From: the human T2T-CHM13v2.0 reference genome, Homo sapiens
Length of the DNA: 64,000 bases
Assembly: GCF_009914755.1 (NCBI RefSeq)
Contig: NC_060933.1
Strand: one strand, 5' to 3'
Position 1 is the first letter of the stretch; each line of letters opens with the position of its first letter. Shown in pieces: positions 32,607-48,855 of this stretch. The notes beneath the pieces are model-generated. The model was not told the origin of the DNA. It saw only the letters and a list, made by a program, of their open reading frames with translations, and did no database searches. A program made the translations under genes and the position numbers.

Positions 32607-33577
32607 CAGGGTGATATCTTAATAATGGTGATGGTTTCAAGAGTTTATACATGTGTCAAAGCTTATTAAATTGTATACTTTAAATACATAAAGTTTAATG
32701 TATGTCATATTTACCTCAATAAAACTATTTTTCAAAATACCAGTTTTTGGTATTTTGAAATGTTATACATAGTGGAAAACACTGCATTTTTTTTAAACAG
32801 AGAAATGATAAAACTAGTATTCTGCCTTATGACGAATAAGTTGGTGGTAACATTAGTTGACTTAATTAAAAAAGGAAAATGATAAACCAGGGTAGAGTAC
32901 CCCAGTATGGGGGTATTCTGCTAGATTAAGTAGGCATGTTGATTGTTAATGGCTTAATAGAGCTAGAGTTACTGGCTTAGAGACTGCTAAAGAAAAAGAA
33001 AAACCTTGCTTGAAGTTTTATTAAGACTGAGTCCCAAGAGATCTAAAGACCTAGAATAATTGTATAGGTTTCCAAGTCTTATAGAAGAGTATGATAGTGA
33101 TGATAGTGAAAAATATAAATACCTTCTAATTTGCAAAGCCTTTTCTGGGAGGCAGTGACTCCCAGAAAATGTAAATACTACATTTACACTGCTTAGGACA
33201 ATAAAGCCCAACTCTTTATCTTTTGTAACTAATGAATGACGAATCAGCTAATTCATCTCTTTATCTCATTCTATAATAAAAAGATTAGTGATTTCAGTTC
33301 AGTCACTTCCTCAGAATTGTGGTCTGTATTGTGTCAGGACAAGATCAAATAAGTGCATATCCACCTTTTATATGTCTATACAATTATTTGATTCTAGAAA
33401 TATGAGAGTAAAAGGAAAAGAGTAAATATGTTGGTGAAAAGTGTGACAGCACAAGCCTAAGCAGGAGAACAAAATGAAAAGTAGTTCTTAAAGGGAATAA
33501 AAGTTCTTTGGATGTTTGCTTTTCCCGGGTTTTAATCTCTTGTTACCCAGAATATAATTGAAATATATTATTTTAAT

Positions 33578-33997
<420 letters not shown>

Positions 33998-34058
33998 TAA
34001 AAATTCTGTAGTACTATCTCATTGTTTAAACTATTTACCCATATTATTATGCATTCTA

Positions 34059-34418
<360 letters not shown>

Positions 34419-36957
34419 CTGTCTTACTCTTACTCAGATAGGTACTTATGATTTGGAATGAAGTTTCCAATTAGAGCTTCTATACGGATTTATTATATAC
34501 TTAACCTTAGGCAATTTAGATGGAAGAGAAGAGGGTGTTTTCTAGAAAATTATGGTGATGGTTTAAAATGTGGTTCCAGTGGTGGCAACAATACTGATGT
34601 TGGAGGTGTCTGCGAAGAGTTTGATTAAAATTGTTTAATGTATATGAGTGGGAAAAGCACATCAATTGGGGAACATTCTACAATATTAGACAATATGAAA
34701 TTGTAAACATGTATGTGTAAATAAATCCATAAATTATTTTTTGACTATGTCTTTGATATTCCTGAAATATGAAATATTCTAGTTGGCAAAAACAAACAAA
34801 CAAAAAAACCCACAAAAACTACTTTTGCATCTTTTCATTAGGAAAAAAGCGATTGATTTAAATTTGAAGTCACTTTGTATTTTGGCAAATTTCACAGTTT
34901 CCTCCATTGTTCTCTGAAGCTACTAATAATTACATTTAAGTCGAATTTCGAATCTACCACTAATTAGTTTCTCTTTCTTTGTCTATCTTATAAAGTCACT
35001 AAAATCATCCTCATGTGAAATGCACGTGTTATAGCTTGTCTCATATTATCATCTTGATCAATTAAAAATTAAAATTTTCACTACTCAAAATACTCTGATA
35101 AGTAATCAAAGGCTATATACTTTAGGAAAAAACTAAAAATAATCCACTCGTTTATTTGAGATTGAAATGGACTTATAAATCTTGTTGGCAGTCTTAAAGC
35201 TAAAGCAAAGTCTACAAATGCATTAACCCAGAAGGAAGAGGACAAGTTTGTGCCATATAATTTTATAATTGGGAATTTAAATTGTAAAAGAAAAAGTACC
35301 CAATAAATGGCAGATCTCCTTTGTTTTAACCTCATCCAAAATTAATCCCACTTTTTGATCACATCCCTGACAAAGGAATCTTTCTTTCTAATGCTGCAAT
35401 ATTAGCCTGGGGTTCAGGAACATCCCTGCGAGGACAGAGAGGAATTACCCAGGAAACCACTGCAGAAATTCCAAGTATCTTTTAGGTGCTTTACAGTTGA
35501 CACCTGAAGACCTTTCTGACATGGTCACTATTGTGACAGGAATAATACTGCTTCATGGTCAGTCTGTGGTGAGATTATGCGTGGAAAACCTTGGATTTCC
35601 AAAGAATTAAGAAATTAAAAACAACAGCAACATCAACAAAAATAAAAACCAGATATGAAAAAAAACCTCCCTAATGAAGACGGGATTCTTTCTTCTTTGC
35701 ATACCATCAAAAAGATCATTCTGGTGTAGATAACAGAAGTGGAGTTGAATCATAATTTTTTTTTTAGTTGATTATAGATGCCACTAGAAAAGGTTTAAGC
35801 GTGTTTGGACAGGGAAATAGAAGTATTCTTTTACATTTGCTGAAAGAAGATCTATTATCTCTAATAATTTCTGAATGAAATACAATTTAATTGTAGTTTC
35901 CTGTAAATAAATACATTTCCACATTTCATACGGCAGAGAAGAAATTTGGTTTTGTTTGCATCTCATTTTTGTATTTTTAAGAGTGAAGTGTGAAATTGTA
36001 ATGACAAATTTCCCTTTGTTTTCCTCTATTTGAGAGTTCATTGCTGAATACTTTTAACGTTTAATCATAAGGGGGAAAATGACCCCAGAATTATATGATC
36101 TTTAATGACTCCATTTTAACAACTAGATACAAAAAGAGAAGCAAAGTGAAGGACATCCTCTTAACCCATTCAGATGGAAATGTGAATCAAGTGGAAACAT
36201 TTTATAAATGTTTATTAATATAAGCAAGTTGCTTTATTTACTAGCATTATTATACTGTGCAATAAAATACTCCTTGTGGTTAGAAGCAGTTACAAACAGC
36301 TAACTATTGTTTTCCTATTTCCATTTTTTATGTTCTGATATCAGGCAACATCTACATCAAAAAATTACAGGGGGAGGAAAAGAAGAGAAATTAGGATAGG
36401 CTATAAAGATTGTACAAATCCTAAATGGTATGATTACAGGGCATGATGGCCACTGAATAGATCCATTAGTCGTAATTGAATCTGTCAGGAGCCAGGTAAA
36501 TGGCTGTCTCTGAGGAGGTCACCTTCCACATATGAACTGGCCTACAGCTTGTATTAGCCTTGTCAGGAGATTGAATCCTGACTTATCTGTAGAAACCTTT
36601 AAAACAAATAATAGGAATGAAGTAGCAAAGCTCAAAAGTAACAACATTCTGGACGGAAACAAAATGCATAGCATAAGGAGTGGTGATCACACCAGACAAA
36701 CTTTATTGCCCATCCTGTTCCCAGGCTGTGTGGCACGCTCCCCGTTTTCTCCTCTAGGTTCACGGTTAGCCTCCCCACCCATCTCTGGGCTGACATTTTC
36801 AAAGGACTGCATCAAAGGTGATTCCTTGCCCTGTGACTTCCATAGGAAGTCCTGTTTGGAGACCGGAGGATGGAAGAGAAAGAATATTTATTTCCCTGCT
36901 CTTGGATATTTAATTCCCTGGTTTCTTCCTTCTTGGGGGCCTTGTGCTTCACCAAGG

Positions 36958-37110
36958 ACCATAGCTGGTCTTTGGAGTAAGGCAAGTGAGGTCCTAGGGT
37001 GAAAAAAATTTAAGGGGGTGCTCATTCTCAGGGTTGTGCAAGGGGAGGATCGGCACTGGAGAGAGGCCCTCCTTAGATTTATTTTGTCACTAATTCCTTA
37101 CACTAGCCCT
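36958..37110. mobile_element. MER91A-like hAT MITE (LTR33-like fragment just upstream)
   Basis: CCTAGGGTGAAAAAAATTTAAGGGGGTGCTCATTCTCAGGGTTGTGCAAG resembles MER91A. Confidence 0.5.
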
Positions 37111-37321
37111 TCCTTTAATTGAGCTAGTTTGAAGGGATTCTGTTCCTTATTTTCAAAGCAGCACAAACCAAAATAGCAAAAAACCAGAAGCCTGAGAAGC
37201 ACTTGGTGAAAACTTGGTTATTCTAAAATAATTCAGGATTCTTGGGCCCAGAAACTTATCCTCGTCAAGATTGGATATGTGTTGCTTCATAAATTGTAAG
37301 GCCAGTGAAAAAAGAAAACAT

Positions 37322-37720
<399 letters not shown>

Positions 37721-38162
37721 CTACATGACTACATAGGTCATATACTCATGAAGCCCAGATTCTGAGATACTTGCAAATGAAATGGTTAATCATTGAGGAA
37801 TTGTGAGAACTGAAAAAGTATTAGAAAATAAAATTAAAAGTCATTTAAAATTTTGCAAGCCCTATGATGGCAGCATGGGTTTATTATGCATCTTTTTAAC
37901 CCATGGTGTTTATTAGAGCACCTTCTACATAGTAAGAACTTAGCATTAACAACAATAATATCTATAGTTACTGAACTCTTATTAGGGGCCCAAGGCCTGG
38001 TGCACAGTAAGTATTTATTTGTTGAAGTAATGAATGGGTAGATTAAATTTAGATACTGGTTAAGGGCTTTATATGAATAATCTCATTTAATCCTAAAAAT
38101 CAATCCTAATGATCAATAAATCCTCATTTAAGCCTAGTGAGGTAAATATCATTAGTATCTCT

Positions 38163-38545
38163 TGAATTAGTCTGTTCTCACACTGTTATAAAGATACCAC
38201 CTGAAACTGGGTAACTATAAACAAAAGAAGTTTGATTGATACAGTTCTGCATGGCTGGGGAGGCCTCAGGAAATTTACAATCATAGTAGAAGGTGAAGGG
38301 GAAGCAAGGCACATCTTACATAGCAGCAGGAGAGAGAATAGAGAAAGGGAGGGAGTGTCACACTTTTAAATCACCAGATCTTGTGAGAATGCATTCATTA
38401 TCACGAGAACAGCATGGGGGAAACCACCACCCTCATAATCCAATCACTTCCCACCAAGTCCCTCCCTTGACAGACACGTGAGGATGACCATTTGAGATGA
38501 GCTTTGGGGTGGGGTGGCCAGGGGACACAGCGCCAAACCATATCA
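38163..38545 (-). mobile_element. MSTA/THE1D-type MaLR solo LTR inserted in a MIR
   Basis: GGCTGGGGAGGCCTCAGGAAATTTACAATCAT...CCAAACCATATCA; perfect 5-bp TSD TCTCT (38158-38162, 38546-38550). Confidence 0.9.
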
Positions 38546-39667
38546 TCTCTATTTTATAATAAGGAACCGGAAGCTTAGAGAGTTAATTTGCCCAAGGTCA
38601 CAGAGTTGGTTAACGTCTGAAATTTGTATCCCTATTTCTATGATTCCAAAGTCTAAGATCTTAACCACTCTGCCCACAATAGGCACTCTGAAGAACTGAA
38701 TGATTTTTGGATTGTCTTTGGGCATTAACTGAGTTGTACCTCTAACAACTCTATTAACTTGATATTAAAAAATAGCAATCCTTATTATGTAAAAACTTTA
38801 AATCCCAGCTAGTAAATACTAACTGTATAAGAGACTCTGATTGTCTACAGAACATTCTCTCCTTAGAAAGACATATTTTTAGTCTTATATTTTATTACAT
38901 TTCTGATCTTCTGTAATAAGACAATGAAATTATTATATCATGGATATAATATAATATAAATGACGGATTGTGTCATGGATACATACAACCTTATAAATAT
39001 GTCAGGCCAATTAGAACTCTTAGTCTTATATTGAAATGTGCACCGTAGATAAAATTACATAGATACAAACATCTATATATTGAACTCTCGGTGGCAAATT
39101 TCAAGAACTGGAAGCCTTAAAATAAAGAGGAAAAAGCTCTTGAGACTGGAATATGCCTTAGTATTAGTGAAAACAAATTTCACTTCTCCAATTATTGTGT
39201 GGACAATCCTGTTATCTCATACCAGTCTTCTAAAATCCTTAAGCTTGAAGAATGGCTTCAGCCCAGAACAAGCTTTCTCTAAGTGGAATGCAGGAGGATT
39301 TGAGCAGCCAGATTCAAATGTGCACTACAGGAGAGCAGAATCTCTGTGTGTATATGGTGACTGTTCAGTTTCCACCTATTGGCCGTCCTTGCAAGGGAGG
39401 CATCATTCTCTCACAAGATAGATTAGTATGGTAACATGTAATAAAAGATAGGAGAGATTAAAAAGAAGAAAGAATGCAGAGAGAAAAGAGAAAATGAGTT
39501 ACTGTTTAACAGATGCTGGGGCAAATGATTATGCTCCTGGCAGGCAAAAAAAGGGCAAAAAGTTTCCTGTATTGCTCCCTAATACAGTCACCTTTGAAGA
39601 TGTGATGTGCCGACTCTCTCAAAACTAATCTGACATACACAGACACCTAAATCATAGCTGTCACTAT

Positions 39668-39862
39668 GGAGTGCTGCCGCTGGCTTGTACAGGCTCCTGA
39701 GAGCTAATTGTGTACACCTCTTTCAAATTCCATATTCAGGGACATCAGGTTCATAGTTTGAATTTGGCCGTAATAGGAATATTTACACCACAGAAATCAG
39801 CAACCGTTGTAGTTTTTTTTTTTTTTTCCTCCCTGGAGAGCCTGTTTACCAGCACACCACTG
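39668..39862 (+). mobile_element. MER63A-like hAT MITE
   Basis: Ends TTTACCAGCACACCACTG; internal TATTTACACCACAGAAATCAGCAA. Confidence 0.7.
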
Positions 39863-40279
39863 ACTGTAGCTTATAAAGACAACATAACTCCATAGTGTGT
39901 ACATGGGATAGGGAACCATACTCTACTTTTGTGTGAAGGCAACAAATAAGGAAAAATGAATCAGTAAAACTCCTGCAAACTTTATAGAAGACTGTTCCAA
40001 AGGTCCTGCTGGCATATTGCAGTTTTTAAAATTCAACTACAAGTGCATTGCAATGTCATTCAGAAGGTTGAATTATAATTGGCATACTCTGTAGAAGAAG
40101 TGAGAAGTATGGTATAATTTTTATAAAGTTTTCCATTGAAAATTAATTTTTCAAAGCTATGGGAGCTGGTTTGACTATTGAGCATCTTTATTGATAAATA
40201 TCAAGCCCTATGGCCTTTCTGCAACACATATTTAAGTTAAACAAATGAAATCAATAAGTTATAACTTAAAAATAAATTA

Positions 40280-40581
40280 TTGTTATTATTATTATTTTTG
40301 AGATGGAGTCTCACTCTGTCGCCCAGGCTGGAGTGCAGTGGCGCAATCTAGGCTCACTGCAAGCTCTGCCTCCCGGGCTCACGCCATTCTCCTGCCTCAG
40401 ACTCCAGAGTAGCTGGGACAACAGGTGCCCGCCACCACGCCCAGCTAATTTTTGTATTTTTAGTAGAGACAGGGTCTCGCCACATTGGCCGGGCTGGTCT
40501 TGAAATCCTGACCTTGGGTGATCCACCCACCTTGGCCTCTCAAAGTGTTAGGATTACAGGCGTGAGCCACTGCGCCCGGCC
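40280..40581 (-). mobile_element. Chimeric Alu (Sx-type left arm, Y-type right arm)
   Basis: TSD AAAAATAAATTATT at 40268-40281 and 40582-40595; see findings. Confidence 0.88.
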
Positions 40582-41024
40582 AAAAATAAATTATTTTTAA
40601 AAATAACCAAAGAACCACAGGAAAAACTTATGTTACTTAAAATATTATTGTTTAGCTGGTTAAACAATCTAGGTCACCAACAGGACTCACCAAACTTCAG
40701 TTCCATGGATTTAAATCTATTTACAAGTTGCTTTTATTTAAATAAACTAATAGTTTCTAATACATAACTTATTGAAGTAAACTGATAATTAGGCATCAAT
40801 TTGTATTCATTTTGGAAGCCAATGGACATTTTTAGCAGTACCAGCAGTAAAGATACTCAGATTTTATTCCCATTGCTTGGAGTATGCAGTGGCAATGAAT
40901 GTCTGAAAACCACTCCAGAATGGTAGGGGGATAAATTGTATTTTGGGGAAGATTTTGGCCAGTATAGACAGAAATGGAAGAGGAGGCCTAGTTACTCTTG
41001 TTTGTTTTTACCCTTGGTTTTTTC

Positions 41025-41770
<746 letters not shown>

Positions 41771-41881
41771 CTCTTTACTCTTAATTAGTTGAAAATTTGT
41801 CAATTGTTCTTTAAGGTAAAAAGGCTAAATCAAGACCTTATGCTACCAGTTTGGATAAGAAGCGAGGCACTGGGTCTATCT

Positions 41882-42298
41882 GTAGTGGTATGTTGCAGTC
41901 AGTTTGTCACAAGAGCCAATTGTTAAATTTCAGGAACTTTGCAAACTACTTGTTAAACACAGTCCTTATTAAAAAGCAAATTATATCAACTTACAATTAA
42001 ATATCTTATATTAGTATTAGAAATAAATATATTAGATGTTCTAAGCTTATTACTTCTGAATTATTTTTCTACATTTTATTATTATTTATGCTATTGAGGT
42101 TATTTATGCTATTGTCTCTATGGTGGAAATATTATACAATTATGTGTAAGTGTACACCTCTTCCCAACTCCATATGGAAATTGACCATGTGGGAGTACTG
42201 TATTTATACCATGGAAGTTGGCAAACACTACACATCAGCTTCTCCCCTATCTCTTTCCACCAAGAGCTGCTAATTAAACATCTGTCAGCGCACCACTG
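41882..42298 (+). mobile_element. MER63B-like hAT MITE
   Basis: GAGCCAATTGTTAAATTTCAGGAA...GCGCACCACTG. Confidence 0.7.
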
Positions 42299-43048
42299 GA
42301 CAATTAGGCCTGGATATTATAAAGATGTTCCAAAGGCCTAATTCTTGACAGAGAATGTAAGCAGAAGAGAATTTTTTAAGACCCCTAGCAACCCTTGCTG
42401 AGAGCACATCTTTGAAGTCCAGGCTGTGGTGCCACTTTGGAACAACTCTCATGAAGTTGCATCAAAAGATACTGGTCAGCTTTGCCTGCTAAGTTGGAGA
42501 AAGTAGGCCATGTGTTCTTTGAATGTCTGGAGGACGATGATGATTTTATTTGACTTTGCTCTGTATAATCAGTGTTTAGCATGGCGTTGAGCTGATACTA
42601 TTTACTCAGTAATATTTGTTGAATAAATGATAGCTGTGCTTTTCTTCTGCCCCATGGTTATAAGGACTGAAATTTAAGAAGCCTGATTGAATAGATTCCT
42701 TCAAAATTTCCCCCCAATACCTACTTAATAAGTTCCTGGGATAAGAGGTTGTCTCAGAATCCAGGGTGAGATGGGGTAGAGTTGGGGCAGAACTATACCT
42801 ATGGAAGCAGCAAGAGAACAAATTACTTCTGTGGTACATATTCTGCAAAAATGCAAGAGCCACAGTCAAGGGCAATTGACTTCTTCCTTGTAAGACCCTC
42901 TTTTTCTGGTTAAAAAAGTTTTTCTTCTATAAATCTAGTTCTCTAAGTCTCATAGGCCAGCCCTGAACCACATGGCCATGACTTGCTGTAAGGAAGTCTG
43001 GGAAAGTATCTGGCAAAGGGGAAGAAGAGAGCCATGGTTGGCTTAGGT

Positions 43049-44567
43049 TAGGGGTAGGCAAACTATAGTCTGTGGGTCAAAACTGGATGATCACCTAATT
43101 TTAGAATGTTTTCAAGCTAAGAATAGTTTTTACATAAAAATATATACCAGAGCATAGCCATCATGTCAAAACAAGAAAAGAAGAGAAAAGTGAACTTTTT
43201 GTGTCATGCTTTTAAGGCACAGTGGATTGTGGATTATTTTGTTATCAAATTGGATGACAAAGTATGTGTTTATTGTGCAGTGATACTATACCTGTACTAA
43301 AAGATAATATACATCAATATTCCCAGATTCATCACAATATTCCCAACTCACAGGGAGACAATGGTCAGAAAATGTGAAAATTTACAATGGAAAACGTCAT
43401 CACAGCAGAATTTCTTCACAAAAATAACAAAAGAGTTGAAACCAAAGTAATTTTCTGAGTGGCTTCTTTGTTGGCCAAGCAAAGAAAGCTGTTTACTGAT
43501 GATGAGTTAATTAAATCATGTTTGATCACAGCAGCTGAAAAAATTTTTTCCCAAGAAAATAAACTTGTTTCAGACGATTAACCTTTCAGTGAGATCTGTT
43601 GTTTGAAGAGTTGAAGACACTGGGAGCAACATCAATAGTCATGTACAAAACAAGGTAGATGATTTTGAGTGGTTTTCCTTGGCTCTTGATGAGTTGACAG
43701 GTATTACCAATAGTGCTCAGTTGCTTATTCAAGGAGTCAACGCTGAGTTTAAAGTCACTGAAGAATTAGCCTCTATGAATCGTCTGCGTAGAACAACTAT
43801 GGGCAAATATATTTTCAAAGATGTTGGGAAAACATTAATAAAACCTGAAGTAGAATCTGTTAAGATGCCTTATAACTTATGGTGATAAAAATGTGTATGG
43901 AGAAGAAAAAGCTTAGTTGGACAAATTAATAAAGCTTGTGAAAATGTGAGAGACTTAAAGCCCATTGTTACTTACTATGCTGTTCATCAGCAGGTAATTT
44001 GCAGAAAGTGTTTGAATCTATTGTGTGTTTCTGACCCAGAAGTTCCAATGGTGAACTTCATTTACTCTGGTGGACTTAATGATCAATTCTGCAAACTTTT
44101 GTCAAAAATAGAAGCTGAATATCCCGATTTGCCCTATCACACAGCAGTTTTATGGCTTAGCAGCGGTAAAGTTTTGTTGCAATTTTTAAAACTCAGGCCT
44201 GAGACTTCTGGAATGAGAAGAACCTCCCTCAATTACTGTTATTGAACATGAGTGGCTTTGAAAATTAGCTTGTGTGGCAGACTTCGTCATGTTTCTCAAT
44301 ATAAAATTACAAGGCAAACAGAGCATATGTCCAAAACTCACATTATGGTAAAGTCATTTTAACAAAAACTAATGCTGTTTCAATCACAAGTAATGTCAAC
44401 CTGCTTAATATAGTTCCTGTGCTGTCAAAGTTTTAAAAAGAAGCAAGAGCTCCATTCCCACAAACATTTGCAGGAGATATATTTTCCAAAATCAAACTAA
44501 AGTTCCAATAGCATTTTTGGATTTCAATGCAAGTGGAAAGGAAATTTTCAAACATCAAAATCCATTT
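43049..44567 (+). mobile_element. Cheshire/Charlie-type hAT transposon fossil with a decayed transposase
   Basis: MER58-like terminus TAGGGGTAGGCAAACT; ATG at 43163 (MSKQEKKRKV); motifs WFSLALDE, VHQQ and LPYHTAVLWLSSGKVL in broken frames. Confidence 0.8.
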
Positions 44568-45795
44568 ATTAAAGAAGACACAGATAAATGGAAAGACATC
44601 CTCTGTTCATGGATTGGAAGAATACCATTACAATGTTCATACCACACAACATGATCTACAGATTCAATACAATCCCTAAAAAATTTTGATAATACTATTT
44701 AAGAAATAGAAAAAAACAACATAAAATTTATAACAAACCACAAAAGGCCCTGAATAGCCAAAGCAATCTTGAACAAGAAGAACAAAGCTGGAGGTATCAT
44801 ACTTCTTGATTTCAAAGTACATGACAATGCTACACTAATCAAAACAGTATGGTACTGGCATAAAAATATACAGATAGGCCAATGGAACAGAGCAGAGAGC
44901 CCACGAATAAATCTATGTATCTATGGTCAACTGATCTTAAACAATAACACACAAGGATCGACTCTTTATTAGATGGTGTTGGGAAAACTGGATATTCACA
45001 TGTAGGAGAATGAAATTGGACCCTTACCTCACCCCATGTGATAAAGTCAACTAAAACAGATTAAATATTCAAACATAAGATCTAAAACTGTAAAATTACT
45101 AGAAGCAAAGATAGGAAGAAAGCTTCTTGACCTTGTTCTGAGCAATGATTTTTTGAATATGACCCCAAAAGCACAGGCAACGAAAGCAAAAATAGACAGG
45201 TGGGATTGCATCAAACCAAAAAGCTTTTGCACAGCAAAGGAAACAACAGAATTAAGAGACAACTTACAGAATGAGAGAAATATTTGCCAACTATTTATGT
45301 GATAAAGGGTTAATATAGAAAATACAAAGAATTCAGCTTAATAGCAAAAAAACCAAATAACCTTATTAAAAAATGGACTAAGGACCTGATAGACATTTCT
45401 CCAAAGAAGACATACAAATGGCCAATAGATATAGGAAAAAATGCTCAACATCAGTAATCATCATACAAATTTAAAACTACAATAAGATATAACCTCAAAC
45501 CTGTTAGAAAAGGTAACAAGTGTTAAGGATGTGGAGAAAAGGGAACACTTACATGCTGTTGGTGGAAATGTAAATTGGCAGAGCCATGATAGAAAACCGT
45601 GTGGAGGTTTCTCAAAATACTAAAAAATAGAACTATATCTGATACTGCAATCCCACTTTTGAGTATACCTCCAAAGGAAATGAACCTGGCATCCCAAAGA
45701 GATATCTGCACTTTTGTTCACTGCAGCATTATTCACAGTAGTCAAGATATGGAAACAACCTGTTTGTCAAAAGATGATTGGATAAAGAAAATGTA
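44568..45795 (+). mobile_element. L1MA-type ORF2 3' fragment
   Basis: [14 protein letters not shown]...[10 protein letters not shown] translation; typical L1 3' motifs. Confidence 0.85.
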
Positions 45796-46124
45796 TGTAT
45801 GTGTGTGTGTATATGAAGATATATTGAAGTTTTTATATATCCTTTGCTTTATTGAATCCTCTCAGCACCTCCAATAATTAAAAACATATCAGGAAGAACA
45901 AAAAGAGACTTGAGGCAAATTTACTCTCTGGTCCATTTCAGAAAGAAATTGCTGGCTTAGATCAAACATATTCTATCCCTTGGTGCTGGGAACATTACTG
46001 AGTCACATAAAAATTTGGATTATTTTTAGCATGGGGATTACATTGAAATAATGTATGTCAATATTAGTAAGGATCTGATATTGTCTTGTTATTAAGAAAA
46101 GTGGTTGTAGTTATTAGAGATACA

Positions 46125-46947
46125 TGGCTACATCATTCTTATTGCCCAAGCTGACCTTGAGCAAACTACCAAGCATGTGAATGAGGCCATCCTAGACCAG
46201 CCAAGCTTTAAGCTGACTGCAGACATGTAAAGAGATCCAGGAGGGACCAGCAAAACCAGCCTAAATATGAATTGCCTAGGAAACCACAGGATCCTGAGAA
46301 TGAATAATTGTTTGTGATTGTAAGCCACTAAGTTCTGGGGTGGTGTGTTACACAGCAATCTCTATTATAGGTGACCAAGGTAAGTGTGTCAGATATTCTC
46401 TTTTTGCCCCTTCACAGTGCTGCAGGAGGCCGACCTATAACTGCAGCACAGGCTTCCCTTGCTTCAGGAGATCAAGAGAGAGGAGAATGAGGGAAGTGAA
46501 GATAGTAATTCCCTGAACCCCCTCCCTGTAGCATCACTGTGGACTGGCTGTGTTACGTGACCAAATGCCCCAAACACAGCTTCTTTGTGTTTTGTAACTA
46601 CACTCTCTCCTTTCTGCTTTCAGCTTAGGCGTGATTTGGGGGCCCCAATGTTACTGCGTCTCCCTTGTGATCTTTTTAATCCCTGCCCATACCTCTGTTT
46701 ATAGTCTTTTATTAAACTCTTCAATGTTTCCTAGTTTGATTGTACCATCTGTTTCTTGCTGGGACCCTGACTGATAGAGTAGGCCTTATCCAGAAGGTAA
46801 CATCTCAGCAAAGACTTGAATGATCTGATGGAATGAGTCACAAAGATATCTGGGGAGAAATGCCAAGATCTTGCAGCAGCCAGGAGGCCGGGTGAGTGAG
46901 CTGGGCAGGAGTGTAGAAGACAAGGTCAAAGGGGCAACAGACAGTCT

Positions 46948-47002
<55 letters not shown>

Positions 47003-47110
47003 GGGGATGGAGGTGTGTGGTGCAGGGGAGGGAGATCATGTATGGCCCTGTTGGCTTTTGTAAGAACTTTCGCTTTTACTTAGAAAGAAATGGGGAGCCA
47101 TTGGAGACTC
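46125..47110. mobile_element. MLT1, LTR33-like and L2 fragments with a (TG)n at 46947-47001
   Basis: TAAGCCACTAAGTTCTGGGGTGGTGTGTTACACAGCAAT; TGTTTCTTGCTGGGACCCTGACTGATA; TG microsatellite. Confidence 0.55.
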
Positions 47111-48091
47111 GTATATCTAATTAAATCTAATAGATTGCTTTCTGTGATGTGCTGACACTGGAGCTCTGTGATTTAGTACTGAATTTCTCCTCCCAGTCTT
47201 CGTGCCTGATGATGAATGGGTGGGCGTGTTGAGCCAGCCCAGCATGCTTGGGCCTGAGTTCAAGGCTTTGTGTCTCTCTCCTGATGCTGTGGGTGACATG
47301 ACCTTCCTTACAGTACAGGATTCAGACTACAGTGTCTTTTTTTTGTTAGCATATTCTTTTCAGCTCTGTTAATGACTTGGGAGTGGGCACATTTTTCTTA
47401 CTCTCTTTTTTTTTGTTGTTGTTAAAGTCAGTAGGCCCTTCTACACTGACTTCAAAATGTGTGCTTATCTAAAGGGTCTTATACAATAGAGAACTGCTTA
47501 ACTACTTCAGTGGAAATAATACAAGGAGTTGAACAGAAATACTATCTGCCTGCCTACCTCTTAAAGACGGTAGTTTGTCTTAAATATTTAAAAGGCAGAG
47601 TTTTGCATGTACAATGTCTAGAAAATACAGATTTGAAAGGTGTTTTAATCCTTCAAGTGAAATTTGCGTCTGAGCTGGGCCTTCTGGAATTAAGTCTAGC
47701 GCACCCTCCACAGGTTACATGAATAAAGGTGATTCTCTTGTAACCCCTATGAAGGACCACCCTCTCTCTGCTGTTTCTCAGAAATATTCCTCAGGCTGAA
47801 AGTCAGTGAACCAGCTGTAGAGAGCTACAAACATCTGCATCAGATGTAGGTTCGCCCAACTAAGTTAAACTGATCTTTCCTAAGTTATAGCTCAATCAAA
47901 ATTTAACTATAAATTGTAGCTACATTCCTTCAGGCTCCATTCTTTGCTTTCAGCTCAGAAGGAAAGTAAGCTATTTAGTTAACGTGATTAATTAGGCAGG
48001 CAGAATCTTTTTCCTCCTGGCTAAGAACATAGGTGGACTATTAGAACCTGTTCTAATGTTTTTTGTCCGGCCTTCACCTTAATTTCTTTTA

Positions 48092-48466
<375 letters not shown>

Positions 48467-48513
48467 CTAGGAGTCAGGGAACCAGGGTTTTAGTCCTTCT
48501 AAAACATATTAGC

Positions 48514-48855
48514 AGCTAGCCATGGTGGCTTACACCTATAATCCCAGCATTTTGGGAGGCCGAGGCGGGAGGATAACTTGAGGCCAGGAGTTCAAGACCA
48601 GCCTGGACAGCATAGTGAGACTTCATTTCTATATATACATTTATTTATTAGAATGTAGTAGTAGAATATATGTGTATGTTAGCCGAACACTGTGGTGTGT
48701 GCCTGCAGACCCAGCTACTTGGAAAGCTGAGGTGGGAGGATTGCTTGAGCTCAGGAGGTGAGGCTGCAGTGAGCTATGATCGTGTCACTGTACCCCAGCT
48801 TGTGTGACAAAGTAAGATCCTGCCTCAAACCAAAACAAAGCCAAAAACAAAAAAC
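48514..48855 (+). mobile_element. AluJ with an altered middle linker
   Basis: Two arms separated by a TA/TG-rich stretch at 48630-48678. Confidence 0.82.

Noticed and set aside
32894-32919. Short imperfect hairpin AGAGTACCCC...GGGGTATTCT
   Set aside because: 10-bp stem with a mismatch and no associated feature; plausible by chance in 64 kb.
36532-37002. 156-aa ORF, the longest non-L1 ORF
   Set aside because: Runs across LTR33-like and MER91-like remnants; no recognisable domain.
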